A stretch of DNA of 32,000 nucleotides, from the NCBI RefSeq assembly GCF_025149285.1, contig NZ_CP102274.1; one strand, given 5' to 3'. This DNA is from Hungatella hathewayi (lineage in GTDB: Bacteria; Bacillota; Clostridia; Lachnospirales; Lachnospiraceae). The position numbers and the translations under genes are program-made. How positions within the stretch are numbered: the stretch's first letter is position 1; the number at the start of each line of letters is the position of its first letter. Below, one piece after another: positions 9,003 through 17,996 of the stretch. The notes beneath the pieces were generated by a model. It saw only the letters and a program-made list of their open reading frames with translations. It was not told the origin of the DNA and ran no database searches.

Positions 9003-10667
9003 CTAATGGTTCATCCTCTCATCAATCGCCCGGTTCACCTTTTCCCTCAGGCGCAGCAGATATTCGGCTTCTTTCGGATACTTCTTAAACGTAATCCGAT
9101 ACTCCAGCCCCTCATGAATCAGGCGCTCTGTGTAATCCCGGCCGGCCAGTTCCTCCAGCCTTTCCAATGCCCTTAAATCATACATTGCCTCTGTAAGAAC
9201 CATAAAGCGCAGCGAGTCATGGGGAGTCCCGTCTTCCGACGGATAGACGACAAACGGATCCCCCGACGGAAAGCCGCCGCCTGCATCTGTGACCAGATAC
9301 GGATTAACCGCCGATACGGAATGCTGGGAGTTATAAAAATTATATCCCCAGTGAAGGAATCCCTTTATGTGGTACAAATACAGCTGAACTCCCAGAATCC
9401 TGTTTCTGGCGGAAGGCATGGCCATAAACTGATTGCTCACCTCGTATCCCTGAACACAGCAGTAATACGTCCAGAGATCTTTAACTCCGGCTTCAAGAAA
9501 CGGTTCCAGGCAGTCACTGCAGACAATGGGGTGTTCCACCACCCCCGCCTGGTAGATGAAAAAGCTGCTCAGGGCGTCAATTACGCGGCAGTCGGCCAGC
9601 AAGGACCGGATACTCTCCTTCGCCGCGCGGTAGCTTTCCATCTGTTCCCCGTGAGGTTCATCGGAAATATGAAAATACGTCTGTTCAAACATGTCCTCTT
9701 CCTTAAGAACGCGTTTCAGCTCCGGCAGAAAAGCGCTTAAGAATCCGCGATATGCCTCCCCCGCCGCCTCTGTATCCCAGCCAAAGATCTGTCTTTCTTC
9801 CCCGTCCACGAGGGCGATCACTTTGGGGGCATGCTTGGCCCCCCACTGTGTAAACAGGTGGGAAATTTCCAGATATTTGATCCCATTTCTCCTGCACACG
9901 GCAATGAAACGGCGCAGAAGCGAAAAATCAAAGGTATAACCGCTTTCCTCTTTCTTGACGCCCACCAGCTGTACTGTGGTCCTCTCGCCGCCCACCTTCG
10001 TATCCAGAGGCGGGGTGAAGACCGGAGTTAAAAGCATGTTCACCCCATGCTCCGCCGCCGTATGGATGAACCGCTCCAGAATCTCCCAGTGCGTTTCTGA
10101 AAATGGTTTCACCCTGTAATAATCCGCCAGGCAGTCCGCGTGCAGCCATTCCGTGTAGATCAGCCGCTGCTCCGGCAGAACGCTGCGAACCACCTTAAGC
10201 GTAACAGTCTCAGACCAGAGAAGCTCCGTCCCTCTTTTTACAGCCACAGTGACCGGATAAGAGCCGCCGCACATTTCCGGAGTGACCGAAAGATCGATCC
10301 ACACGGCTCTCCACTGGGAGGCGTAGGGCCTCAGAATCCCTCCCTGCACCGGCGTCAGAAGGTCCGGACAGAGGCACGGATCCGTGAATAAATAATTGTC
10401 ATCCAGCTGTTCCCGATACGCTGCCAGCGCAGCCGGTACCAGGTCAACCCTTCTCATACGGATGCGGTCTGCCACAGCCGAGTCAAAGGTAACCGTAATC
10501 TCCTGTTCGTTCAGTTCGCAGCCATCGTACTCCATATAATAAGCCAGCTGCAGGGAAAGCCGCTCTCCGCCCAGAGCGCTGATGGTTTTGCAAAGACGCC
10601 GTTTGGGCCGTCTGCCCGGAAACACCTTTTCCAGGCTGTCTGTCAGTATAAATTCGTAATTCGCCAT
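9003..10667 (-). CDS. DUF4091 / glycoside hydrolase 123-like protein
   Basis: 554 aa. Internal KYLEISHLFTQWGAKHAPKV, YFHISDEPHGEQM, GFLHWGYNFYNS, FVVYPSEDGTPHDSLRFMVLTEAMYDLRALERLE, typical of DUF4091/GH123-type proteins. Confidence 0.85.
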   Translation of the reverse strand: MANYEFILTDSLEKVFPGRRPKRRLCKTISALGGERLSLQLAYYMEYDGCELNEQEITVTFDSAVADRIRMRRVDLVPAALAAYREQLDDNYLFTDPCLCPDLLTPVQGGILRPYASQWRAVWIDLSVTPEMCGGSYPVTVAVKRGTELLWSETVTLKVVRSVLPEQRLIYTEWLHADCLADYYRVKPFSETHWEILERFIHTAAEHGVNMLLTPVFTPPLDTKVGGERTTVQLVGVKKEESGYTFDFSLLRRFIAVCRRNGIKYLEISHLFTQWGAKHAPKVIALVDGEERQIFGWDTEAAGEAYRGFLSAFLPELKRVLKEEDMFEQTYFHISDEPHGEQMESYRAAKESIRSLLADCRVIDALSSFFIYQAGVVEHPIVCSDCLEPFLEAGVKDLWTYYCCVQGYEVSNQFMAMPSARNRILGVQLYLYHIKGFLHWGYNFYNSQHSVSAVNPYLVTDAGGGFPSGDPFVVYPSEDGTPHDSLRFMVLTEAMYDLRALERLEELAGRDYTERLIHEGLEYRITFKKYPKEAEYLLRLREKVNRAIDERMNH

Positions 10668-10680
10668 AGATTTTCCTTTC

Positions 10681-11496
10681 TCAGCCCTTCACGCCGCTCA
10701 GGGCAATTCCTTCTACAAACTCCTTCTGAAGGAAGATATACAGAATAAAGGGCGGCATAAATGTCAGGGTGGCCCCCGCCATGACCAGGCCGTAATTCGT
10801 TGCATAATTCCCCTGAAGGGAAGCCAGCGCCAGCGTCAGGGTACTCCGGTTCGTATTCGTAATGGCAATTAACGGCCACACAAAGTCATTCCAGGTGGTG
10901 ATAAATGTAAACACGGTCAGCGATACCAGAACCGGTTTGATGAGCGGAACGACAATGGAGTAAAAGATCCGGAATTCTCTGCAGCCATCGATCCGCGCGG
11001 CTTCAATGAGGTCATCCGGCACGCTGGTGATAAACTGCCGGATCAGGAACACGCCAAAGGCATTGACCACCGGAAGCGCCAGAATTAAATAGGTGTTAAG
11101 CAGATGGAGCTTCTGTGCAATCCGGAATAACGGGATTAAGATTACCTGGGAGGGCACCATGAGAGTGGCCAGATAGACGGCAAAGAGAAGCTCACTTCCC
11201 ACAAATTTCTTTTTTTCAAAACCATAGGCAGCCGCAGAGGAGATCACCGCATTGAGAACGCAGGCAATGACCACGACAGACACACTGTTGTATAAATATT
11301 TTCCAAATTCAAAATTTTTGAAAATGGTCGAATAGTTTCTAAGATTTAGTCCCGACAGCCCCAGATTCAGTTCCATCGAATACGTCTGACGCATGGATGT
11401 CAGTATCATATAGACGAACGGGAACAAGGCAGCCAGTGCAAGCACTGCAAGGAGAACCGTCTCGGCCCAGAGGACAGGCTGTATTTTCTTTTCCAT
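10681..11496 (-). CDS. Carbohydrate ABC transporter permease, MalG type
   Basis: 271 aa, six TM-like segments, EAARIDGCREFRIFYSIVVPLIKPVLVSLTVFTFITTWNDFVWPL. Confidence 0.93.
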   Translation of the reverse strand: MEKKIQPVLWAETVLLAVLALAALFPFVYMILTSMRQTYSMELNLGLSGLNLRNYSTIFKNFEFGKYLYNSVSVVVIACVLNAVISSAAAYGFEKKKFVGSELLFAVYLATLMVPSQVILIPLFRIAQKLHLLNTYLILALPVVNAFGVFLIRQFITSVPDDLIEAARIDGCREFRIFYSIVVPLIKPVLVSLTVFTFITTWNDFVWPLIAITNTNRSTLTLALASLQGNYATNYGLVMAGATLTFMPPFILYIFLQKEFVEGIALSGVKG

Positions 11497-11498
11497 TT

Positions 11499-12383
11499 TT
11501 ACTCTCCTCCTTTTCCACTGAACACCTTCTTCTGAAGGATCGAGATCAGAATGACAATCAGGAACAGAACAAACGCCATGGCGCTGGCATACCCCATCTT
11601 ATACTGCTTAAATCCGGACTGATAGATGGACATTACCATGGTGATCGTCGCCGTTCCGGGGCCGCCTCCGGTCATGGTGTAAACCAGGTCGAACACCTGG
11701 AAGGACCAGATGGTCCCCAGTGTTACCACCAGGTACGTAATCGGCTTCAGCGCCGGGACCGTAATATAGAAAAACTGCTGAAGGGAAGACGCGCCGTCCA
11801 CTTTTGCGGCCTCGTAATGACTCCTCGGCACATCCATAAGCCCTGCATAATAGATAACCAGGAAGTAACCTACATTTTTCCATATGGCCACAATACTGAC
11901 ACTGATCAGCGCCAGATTATATCTTCCCAGCCAGTTTACCTTTCCAATCCCCACGAGGGCCAGAATGTTATTGATGATTCCTCCTTCTGTGGCAAGCATG
12001 AACTTCCAGACCGTACCGACCAGAACCATGGATGAGATGACCGGGATGAACAGGGTGCTCTTAAAAAAGTTGCCGAGCTTCCCCCGGAACCGGGAAGCCA
12101 GCAGATTGGCAATCACCAGTGACAGTACGGTCTGTATCGGAACCGTAACAAGCGTATAGATTACCGTATTGCGGATTGCCGGACGGAAAAACGGATCGCC
12201 GGCCATACTTTTATAATTATCCAGTCCGATCCACACCGGCGGCTTCAGCACGCTGTATTCCGTAAAGCTGAAGTATCCGGTCATACACAGCGGAATCAGA
12301 GAAAACAGCACCAGCAGCAGAAAGCTGGGCAGCACATATAAAAAACCATTGTTTTTTTTAATAAATTCCTGTATCCCCTTCAA
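11499..12383 (-). CDS. Carbohydrate ABC transporter permease, MalF type
   Basis: ORF track runs to 12446, but the likely start is TTG at 12383 (LKGIQEFIKKNNGFLYVLPS...) behind AAAGGGG, which leaves the 12409-12445 hairpin in the leader. EAAKVDGASSLQQFFYITVPALKPI EAA-loop present. Confidence 0.9.
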   Translation of the reverse strand: MKGIQEFIKKNNGFLYVLPSFLLLVLFSLIPLCMTGYFSFTEYSVLKPPVWIGLDNYKSMAGDPFFRPAIRNTVIYTLVTVPIQTVLSLVIANLLASRFRGKLGNFFKSTLFIPVISSMVLVGTVWKFMLATEGGIINNILALVGIGKVNWLGRYNLALISVSIVAIWKNVGYFLVIYYAGLMDVPRSHYEAAKVDGASSLQQFFYITVPALKPITYLVVTLGTIWSFQVFDLVYTMTGGGPGTATITMVMSIYQSGFKQYKMGYASAMAFVLFLIVILISILQKKVFSGKGGE

Positions 12384-12408
12384 GCAGATGATCCCCTTTC
12401 TAAAACGA

Positions 12409-12445
12409 TGCCGCGGAACATGTTCCTGGGAATGGTTCTGCGGCA
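12409..12445 (-). promoter_or_regulatory. Stem-loop in the SBP-permease intercistronic region
   Basis: Arms TGCCGCGGAAC (12409-12419) / GTTCTGCGGCA (12435-12445), one mismatch. Also overlaps the perfect palindrome GGAACATGTTCC. Confidence 0.55.
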
Positions 12446-12464
12446 CCGTGACGTTTTTCTTTAC

Positions 12465-13826
12465 TTACTTATTCTGCGACAGCGTATTATTCGCATAGTC
12501 AGCTGCATTTTTCAATGCCTCCTCAGGCGTCATCTGCCCAAGCATCATAAGCTGAAGGTTCTTGTATAAATTATCATAGACGGCTGCGGATCCCTGAACG
12601 GCGGGAAGCGTAATGAGAGCATCCTGATTGTCCTCATATACCGTTTTAAACGCCGGGTCGTCGTGGTACTCCTCATCCTTTGCTACAGGCGGAAATGCCG
12701 CCATCTCATGGAACTTTGTCATAGAGGGACCGCTCAGCATGTATTTCACCATTTTCACCGCCAGGTCTTTGTTTTTGCTGGCGCTGATCAGCACCAGGGA
12801 ATCGGCTGACGCAAATGTTCCCATTCTCTGATCTTTCAGTGAGGTGAAAAAGCCCCAGTCGATACCGGCCTCTTTAAATGCACTTCCCTGATTCGTGGGA
12901 CTTACGACAAACGCCGTATTACCCGCCTTAAATTCTGCAAACACCTGATCCTCTGACATGGACGTGATGGATTCCGGCATAATTCCATCCTTAAACCGTA
13001 AATCCGCCAGGAACTGGGCCGCCTTAACGCCTGCTTCACTGTCAAATGCCGCTTTTGTACCATCTTCGCTGAAGATTTCTCCGCCTGCCTGCCATAAATA
13101 CGGGAAGAAGATGGAATTCATGGCACCCTTGGACTTGTCTCCCCACTGCTGAAGCATCGGAGTCTTGCCGATGGCCGCCACCTTCCGGCATGCGTCTTCA
13201 AATTCCTCCCACGTCTGAGGAACCGTTTCTACGCCGGCTTCTTTTAATATTGCCTTGTTATAGAACATCACACGGGCGCTTCCTACTACAATCGGCATGG
13301 CGTACTGTTTTCCGTCGATGACGCCTTTATCAAGATAGTAGTAATTATCCCTGTCTTCCGCCGTAAGATACTCATCGAACGGTGTGATGGCACCTGCTTT
13401 TATGTAGTCGTTGATCATTTCCATATACATATAACCAACATCAGGCCCCTGCCCCGAGGAAATTCCGGTCAGATACTTTTCTTCGTAATTACTCCACGGA
13501 ATAATCTCTATGGAAACCTGGGCGTTATTCTCCTCCTCAAACGGCTTTAAGATCTCTCCCCACACTTCCTTATCAAGGGACTCTTCCGTTCCAAACGGCG
13601 GCATCCAGAGCACCAGTTTCGTTTTCTCTCCTCCGGCTGTCTCCCCTCCCGCTTTCTGTTCAGCGGCGTCACTGATACCGGTCTCCTTTGCGGTTCCCGC
13701 TGTCTCACTGCCGTCTCCGGCGGCCGTTCCTTCCTTCCCTCCGTTTGCTCCGCAGCCTGTGGCCAGCATCCCGGCCATCGCCCCTGCAAGCACAAGACTC
13801 AGACATTTCTTCATTCTCTTTTTCAT
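12465..13826 (-). CDS. Extracellular sugar-binding lipoprotein of an ABC transporter
   Basis: 453 aa, signal sequence with lipobox LATGC, then LVLWMPPFGTEESLDKEVWGEILKPFEEENNAQVSIEIIPW. MalE/SBP family 1 organisation. Confidence 0.93.
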   Translation of the reverse strand: MKKRMKKCLSLVLAGAMAGMLATGCGANGGKEGTAAGDGSETAGTAKETGISDAAEQKAGGETAGGEKTKLVLWMPPFGTEESLDKEVWGEILKPFEEENNAQVSIEIIPWSNYEEKYLTGISSGQGPDVGYMYMEMINDYIKAGAITPFDEYLTAEDRDNYYYLDKGVIDGKQYAMPIVVGSARVMFYNKAILKEAGVETVPQTWEEFEDACRKVAAIGKTPMLQQWGDKSKGAMNSIFFPYLWQAGGEIFSEDGTKAAFDSEAGVKAAQFLADLRFKDGIMPESITSMSEDQVFAEFKAGNTAFVVSPTNQGSAFKEAGIDWGFFTSLKDQRMGTFASADSLVLISASKNKDLAVKMVKYMLSGPSMTKFHEMAAFPPVAKDEEYHDDPAFKTVYEDNQDALITLPAVQGSAAVYDNLYKNLQLMMLGQMTPEEALKNAADYANNTLSQNK

Positions 13827-13866
13827 TATTTTTGCCTCCTTTTCCTATCTGTTTGGTGATGGCCTT

Positions 13867-13896
13867 ATCATAGCATTGAAACCCCCATCCTGTATA
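13867..13896 (-). promoter_or_regulatory. Predicted promoter of the sugar ABC operon
   Basis: Minus strand TATACA (13896-13891), 18 nt, TATGAT (13872-13867), with extended -10 TGCTATGAT. Confidence 0.5.
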
Positions 13897-14005
13897 TTTT
13901 CTATTTTTGTGCTGTTTTTCTAATTTGCAAATACCTAATATTGATATTTCGAGGCACTGTGATATACATTTTTTCACTGATTTTCAATTTTTTAGGTCAA
14001 AATCA

Positions 14006-14045
14006 AAAAAACTGATTAAAATATCACCATTTTAATCAGTTTTTT
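14006..14045. terminator. Intrinsic terminator downstream of the AraC-family regulator
   Basis: 17-nt perfect arms AAAAAACTGATTAAAAT (14006-14022) / ATTTTAATCAGTTTTTT (14029-14045), 6-nt loop. Confidence 0.8.
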
Positions 14046-14050
14046 ATGCA

Positions 14051-16273
14051 TTATTTTTTCTTGTAACGGCCTGGAGTCGTGTTTTCAAACTGCTTAAACA
14101 CCCGGATAAAGGCGGCGTCACTGGAAAATCCCACAGACAGCGCGATTTCCTTGATGTTCTCGTCCGTATTCACAATGAGGCGTTTGGCCTTTTCGATCCT
14201 CAGGCTGTTGATATACTGTGCGATGCCGATTCCATATTTTTTCTTGAAGGTGGTAGATAAGTAGGTATTGCTCACTCCAAGCATATCGGAAATACTGTAA
14301 AGTCCGATCATGGGGTCTTCGAAGTTTAAATTAATATACTGCCTGGCCCGTTCCGCAATATTCTCCTTTTGATCCAGCTGACGCTTCTGCTGCCACCGGA
14401 TCAGATACCCGAAGCCTTCATGGAGAAGCTTCAGCAGCTTCTGTCCATCCTTTGCCTCGGAAAGACTGCCGATGTACTCTTCCATGTGATACCCGGTACG
14501 GTCATCCGCATGGTGTTCCAGCGCCATCAGTACGGGATTGATCACCGCATATTTTTTCGCCCTGCTGGTGTAGACATTGCGGTCATTCCCAATATACTGG
14601 TTGAAAAGGAGATCCAGCAGGCGGTCGGCCTCCTCAAACTTCTCTTCCAGCATGGCCATCTCATACTCCGGCATGACGCTCACGTATACGTCATTCTCCT
14701 GTCTTCCCACCATCGTTTCATCGTAGAAGAACACGCGGCCCCTGTCATTCTCACAGAATTCGGCAACCATCTGGGCCTGATGGAAACTGGTTATGATATT
14801 GGACATGGAATCATAGATACCGCCCAGCATTATTCTGCATTCCACCAGGGAGTGAAGACTGTTTAGAATTTCTGCCGCAATATCCCGCATCTCTGCCTTT
14901 CCGTATTCCGGTTCCATATGAAACAGAAGTGCCAGACTTCCGTCAAACTCGGCAGTTATGACTGCGATATCCTCTCTGCCCTTCAGCACACTGCGGATTC
15001 TCATGTCCGCGTCATGGATCTCTTCCTGACTGAATCCCATGGGATTCCGGATCAGCCCGACCTGAAACAGGGAGTATTCCATCTGGATTCCGAACTTCTG
15101 CATGGAAGCAAATATCACGGAATTATTGCGCTCCTCGCTGCTTAAAAGATTGCAGAGGAACAGCCCCTCGATGGCCTCCCTCTGTTCCTCCAGCTTCCGG
15201 GTGCTCTCCACATTGGTTTTCAGCATCTGGCTGATTCCGCTGTCAATCAGGTCGTAATCGTCCAGGAAACGTCCGCCCTCATCCGTCTTATTCGCCAGCT
15301 TGTCCAGTATGTCCTTAAGCGGCTTTGCATTGCGGCGTCCCAGGAGCACGAATAAGCCCGCGCCGAATATCATACACAGGCCGATGGACACATAGGCGAT
15401 GTTCCGGATAAAGTAACCGGAATCCAGCAGCTTTCGCCGTTCTATTAAGGTGACGTATTGGATTCCGTAATAATCCGATTCCATAACGGAACCGTAATTG
15501 CCCTGCAGCTTAAATAATGGCTTTCCTCCGTTTTCCCGCATGCTTTCCTTCAGCTCTGCAGGAGAGATCCCCGACCCAAAGCTGGCATAGACAGAATCAT
15601 CCCCGGCAACGACCGCCGTCATGGTATTCCCCATCCCCTCGTTTGCATTCCGGAGAATCGATTCCACCTCCGATTTGTTGATGAGGATCACCAAAACAGC
15701 CGATTTGTCACTGGATAAATCGTAGGGGAGCTGCCGGAACAGGCACAGTTCCAGGCTGCCGTCGCTCTGCGCCATGAAGCTGTAGCCGTCTCGCTTCTGA
15801 CCGCCGGCAATCTCCAGCCACTCCTCATATCCGTCCAGCTTTAAATCATTTTTCAGCAGATAGTATTTCTCCGCTCCGAAGTTTCCCAGATCGCCTACTA
15901 CATAGTTTAAATGAGGGTAATAGACGTAAATTTCCTTAATAAAGGTGTTGGAAAGCTTGTAATCATAGAGCTGGCGCGAAAACTGGATCAGAAAATCCTT
16001 ATCGATCTCACTCAGTTCCTTTGATCGGCTCAGCTTCAGGTTCACAGCGTTCATCTGGAGCTGGGCGGCAAAGCTGTCGATGTCATTCAACCGTATATCA
16101 ATGCTGGTCTGAAGCACGGAAGTCAGACCGTGGTTCAGCTCCTCGATCTCTCCGGAGAACTCTTTTACCATCCAGGTGGTGAGCGCCACCAGCATGCCGA
16201 TCATTACGACGGATACGATGATAAAGGACCGCACCCACAGGTAGAGACTCTTGGTAATCTTTCCTTTTTTCAT
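14051..16273 (-). CDS. Membrane-anchored AraC-family regulator with extracellular sensor
   Basis: 740 aa. Two TM segments (SFIIVSVVMIGMLVALTTWMV; NIAYVSIGLCMIFGAGLFVLLG) flank an extracellular domain. C-terminal HTH: YINLNFEDPMIGLYSISDMLGVSNTYLSTTFKKKYGIGIAQYINSLRIEKAKRLI...IALSVGFSSDAAFIRVFKQFENTTPGRYKK. Confidence 0.93.
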   Translation of the reverse strand: MKKGKITKSLYLWVRSFIIVSVVMIGMLVALTTWMVKEFSGEIEELNHGLTSVLQTSIDIRLNDIDSFAAQLQMNAVNLKLSRSKELSEIDKDFLIQFSRQLYDYKLSNTFIKEIYVYYPHLNYVVGDLGNFGAEKYYLLKNDLKLDGYEEWLEIAGGQKRDGYSFMAQSDGSLELCLFRQLPYDLSSDKSAVLVILINKSEVESILRNANEGMGNTMTAVVAGDDSVYASFGSGISPAELKESMRENGGKPLFKLQGNYGSVMESDYYGIQYVTLIERRKLLDSGYFIRNIAYVSIGLCMIFGAGLFVLLGRRNAKPLKDILDKLANKTDEGGRFLDDYDLIDSGISQMLKTNVESTRKLEEQREAIEGLFLCNLLSSEERNNSVIFASMQKFGIQMEYSLFQVGLIRNPMGFSQEEIHDADMRIRSVLKGREDIAVITAEFDGSLALLFHMEPEYGKAEMRDIAAEILNSLHSLVECRIMLGGIYDSMSNIITSFHQAQMVAEFCENDRGRVFFYDETMVGRQENDVYVSVMPEYEMAMLEEKFEEADRLLDLLFNQYIGNDRNVYTSRAKKYAVINPVLMALEHHADDRTGYHMEEYIGSLSEAKDGQKLLKLLHEGFGYLIRWQQKRQLDQKENIAERARQYINLNFEDPMIGLYSISDMLGVSNTYLSTTFKKKYGIGIAQYINSLRIEKAKRLIVNTDENIKEIALSVGFSSDAAFIRVFKQFENTTPGRYKKK

Positions 16274-16294
16274 CCGTTCATCCCATGCGCCTGA

Positions 16295-16750
16295 CTACCG
16301 CGCGTTCTGGTTACGTCTCTCGATATCCATCACCTGATCCACGCGTCTCTGGTGCCTTCCGCCTTCGTATTTGGCATTCAGCCATTCTTCCGTAATCATT
16401 TTTGCCATCTCCACGCCGATGACTCTGGCGCCAAAGGCGAGGACGTTGGAGTCGTTGTGCATTCTGGAAAGCTTTGCCGTATACGGCTCACTGCAGACGC
16501 AGCAGCGGATCCCCTTTACCTTGTTGCAGGCCAGAGAGATGCCTACTCCGGTTCCGCAGATGGCGAGCCCTAAGTCCGCCTCTCCGCCGGCCACCGCGTT
16601 CCCCACTTTTTCACCGTAAACCGGGTAGTCGCAGCTCTCCGTGGAATTTGTGCCGTAATCGATTACTTCGTATCCCTTTTCCTCCAGAAATTTCTTCATC
16701 TCATTCTTCATTTCCAGTGCTGTATGATCATTTCCTATTGCGATTTTCAT
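16295..16750 (-). CDS. rpiB: Ribose-5-phosphate isomerase B / LacAB family sugar isomerase
   Basis: ORF to 16759. ATG at 16750 is 8 nt after AGGAG. MKIAIGNDHTALEMKNE, DYPVYGEKV, LAICGTGVGISLACNKVKGIRC, HNDSNVLAFGARVIG. Confidence 0.92.
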   Translation of the reverse strand: MKIAIGNDHTALEMKNEMKKFLEEKGYEVIDYGTNSTESCDYPVYGEKVGNAVAGGEADLGLAICGTGVGISLACNKVKGIRCCVCSEPYTAKLSRMHNDSNVLAFGARVIGVEMAKMITEEWLNAKYEGGRHQRRVDQVMDIERRNQNAR

Positions 16751-16783
16751 TGTATTCACTCCTGTTTCTGTCGATTGTCTGAT

Positions 16784-17902
16784 TTATGATTTAGCTTCCT
16801 GTCTGCCAAAAAACGCCTGGATCCGGTCCAGTCTGGAGGTCATGGAGCAGAGCAGCAGATCCGCTGTCGTCAGCGCTGCCATAGCTTCCACCACGACCAC
16901 CGCGCGCGGCACGATGATAGGGTCGTGACGGCCTTTGATCACAAGTTCCGTCTCCTCCAGCCCGCGTGTCACGCTTCTTTGCGGCTGTGCAATGGAGGGC
17001 GTGGGCTTGAAGGCTGCCCGCAGCACAACCCGGCTTCCGTCACTGATGCCTCCCAGAATTCCCCCCGCGTGATTCGTCTCCTTCTGTACCTTCCCGGACT
17101 CATCGACCCGGAAAGCGTCGTTGTTTTCCGAGCCCACCGACTTTGCCGCCTGGAATCCGTCTCCGATCTCAAAGCCCTTTACGGCTCCGATCGACAGGAT
17201 GGCCTTTGCCAGCGACGCGTCGTACTTTTCGAAAACCGGATCTCCGATTCCGGACGGGAGTCCGTCGATCACACATTCCACCACGCCGCCGACCGAATTG
17301 CATTCCGCCATCATACGGTCTAAATACGCTTCCGCCAAAGCGGCGGTGCCTGCATCCGGTATATAGAGACGGTTTCTGTGCATCTCTTCCATATTAAACT
17401 GGCCAGGATCCGCCTCATACGGCCCTACCGCCTTCGTGTAGGCGCATACCGTGATGCCCAGACTCGCAAGCAGCTTTGCCGCAATGGCTCCCGCAGCCAC
17501 ACGGCCGATGGTCTCCCGGCCGGAGGAACGGCCGCCGCCCCGGTAATCCCGGAATCCATACTTTTCATCGAAGGTGTAATCCGCATGGCCGGGACGGTAG
17601 ACCTCCATGATGTTTCCGTAATCCCTCGATCTCTGGTCCGTGTTCATCACCGCCATGGAAATCGGGGTCCCCGTTGTCCTTCCCTCAAAGACACCGGAAA
17701 GAATTTCCACCCGGTCCGCCTCCTGGCGTTTGGTCGTAAAGCGGCTCTGCCCCGGTTTTCTGCGGTCTAAGTACGCCTGAATGTCTTCCTCCGAAAGCGG
17801 AAGTCCCGCCGGGCAGCCGTCCACCACGACACCGATCCCCTTTCCATGCGACTCTCCCCAGGTTGTTATCTTAAATATGGTCCCCAGTGTTGATCCTGCC
17901 AT
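16784..17902 (-). CDS. aroC: Chorismate synthase
   Basis: 372 aa. GTIFKITTWGESHGKGIGVVVDGCPAGL, RPGHADYTFDEKYGFRDYRGGGRSSGRET, GGILGGISDG. Confidence 0.96.
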   Translation of the reverse strand: MAGSTLGTIFKITTWGESHGKGIGVVVDGCPAGLPLSEEDIQAYLDRRKPGQSRFTTKRQEADRVEILSGVFEGRTTGTPISMAVMNTDQRSRDYGNIMEVYRPGHADYTFDEKYGFRDYRGGGRSSGRETIGRVAAGAIAAKLLASLGITVCAYTKAVGPYEADPGQFNMEEMHRNRLYIPDAGTAALAEAYLDRMMAECNSVGGVVECVIDGLPSGIGDPVFEKYDASLAKAILSIGAVKGFEIGDGFQAAKSVGSENNDAFRVDESGKVQKETNHAGGILGGISDGSRVVLRAAFKPTPSIAQPQRSVTRGLEETELVIKGRHDPIIVPRAVVVVEAMAALTTADLLLCSMTSRLDRIQAFFGRQEAKS

Positions 17903-17929
17903 GTATGATTTCTCCTTATCTCAGTTCTC

Positions 17930-17977
17930 AAAACCGGGGCCCTCGTCCATCATGCAGACGGACGGGTCCCCGGCTTT
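17930..17977 (-). terminator. Terminator-like hairpin downstream of the lactonase gene
   Basis: Minus strand AAAAGCCGGGGACCCGTCC...GGACGAGGGCCCCGGTTTT; GC-rich arms, A-rich before and T-rich after. Confidence 0.65.
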
Positions 17978-17996
17978 TAAATACCATTTTCTGCAA

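Noticed and set aside
11397-12035. + strand ORF of 212 aa opposite the two ABC permeases
   Set aside because: Antisense shadow; the opposite strand has clear permease motifs and this frame has none.
13510-13923. + strand ORF of 137 aa antisense to the SBP signal peptide region
   Set aside because: Composition reflects the reverse complement of an Ala/Gly-rich signal and linker region (repeated PAVSPPA/SIPAIAPAS).
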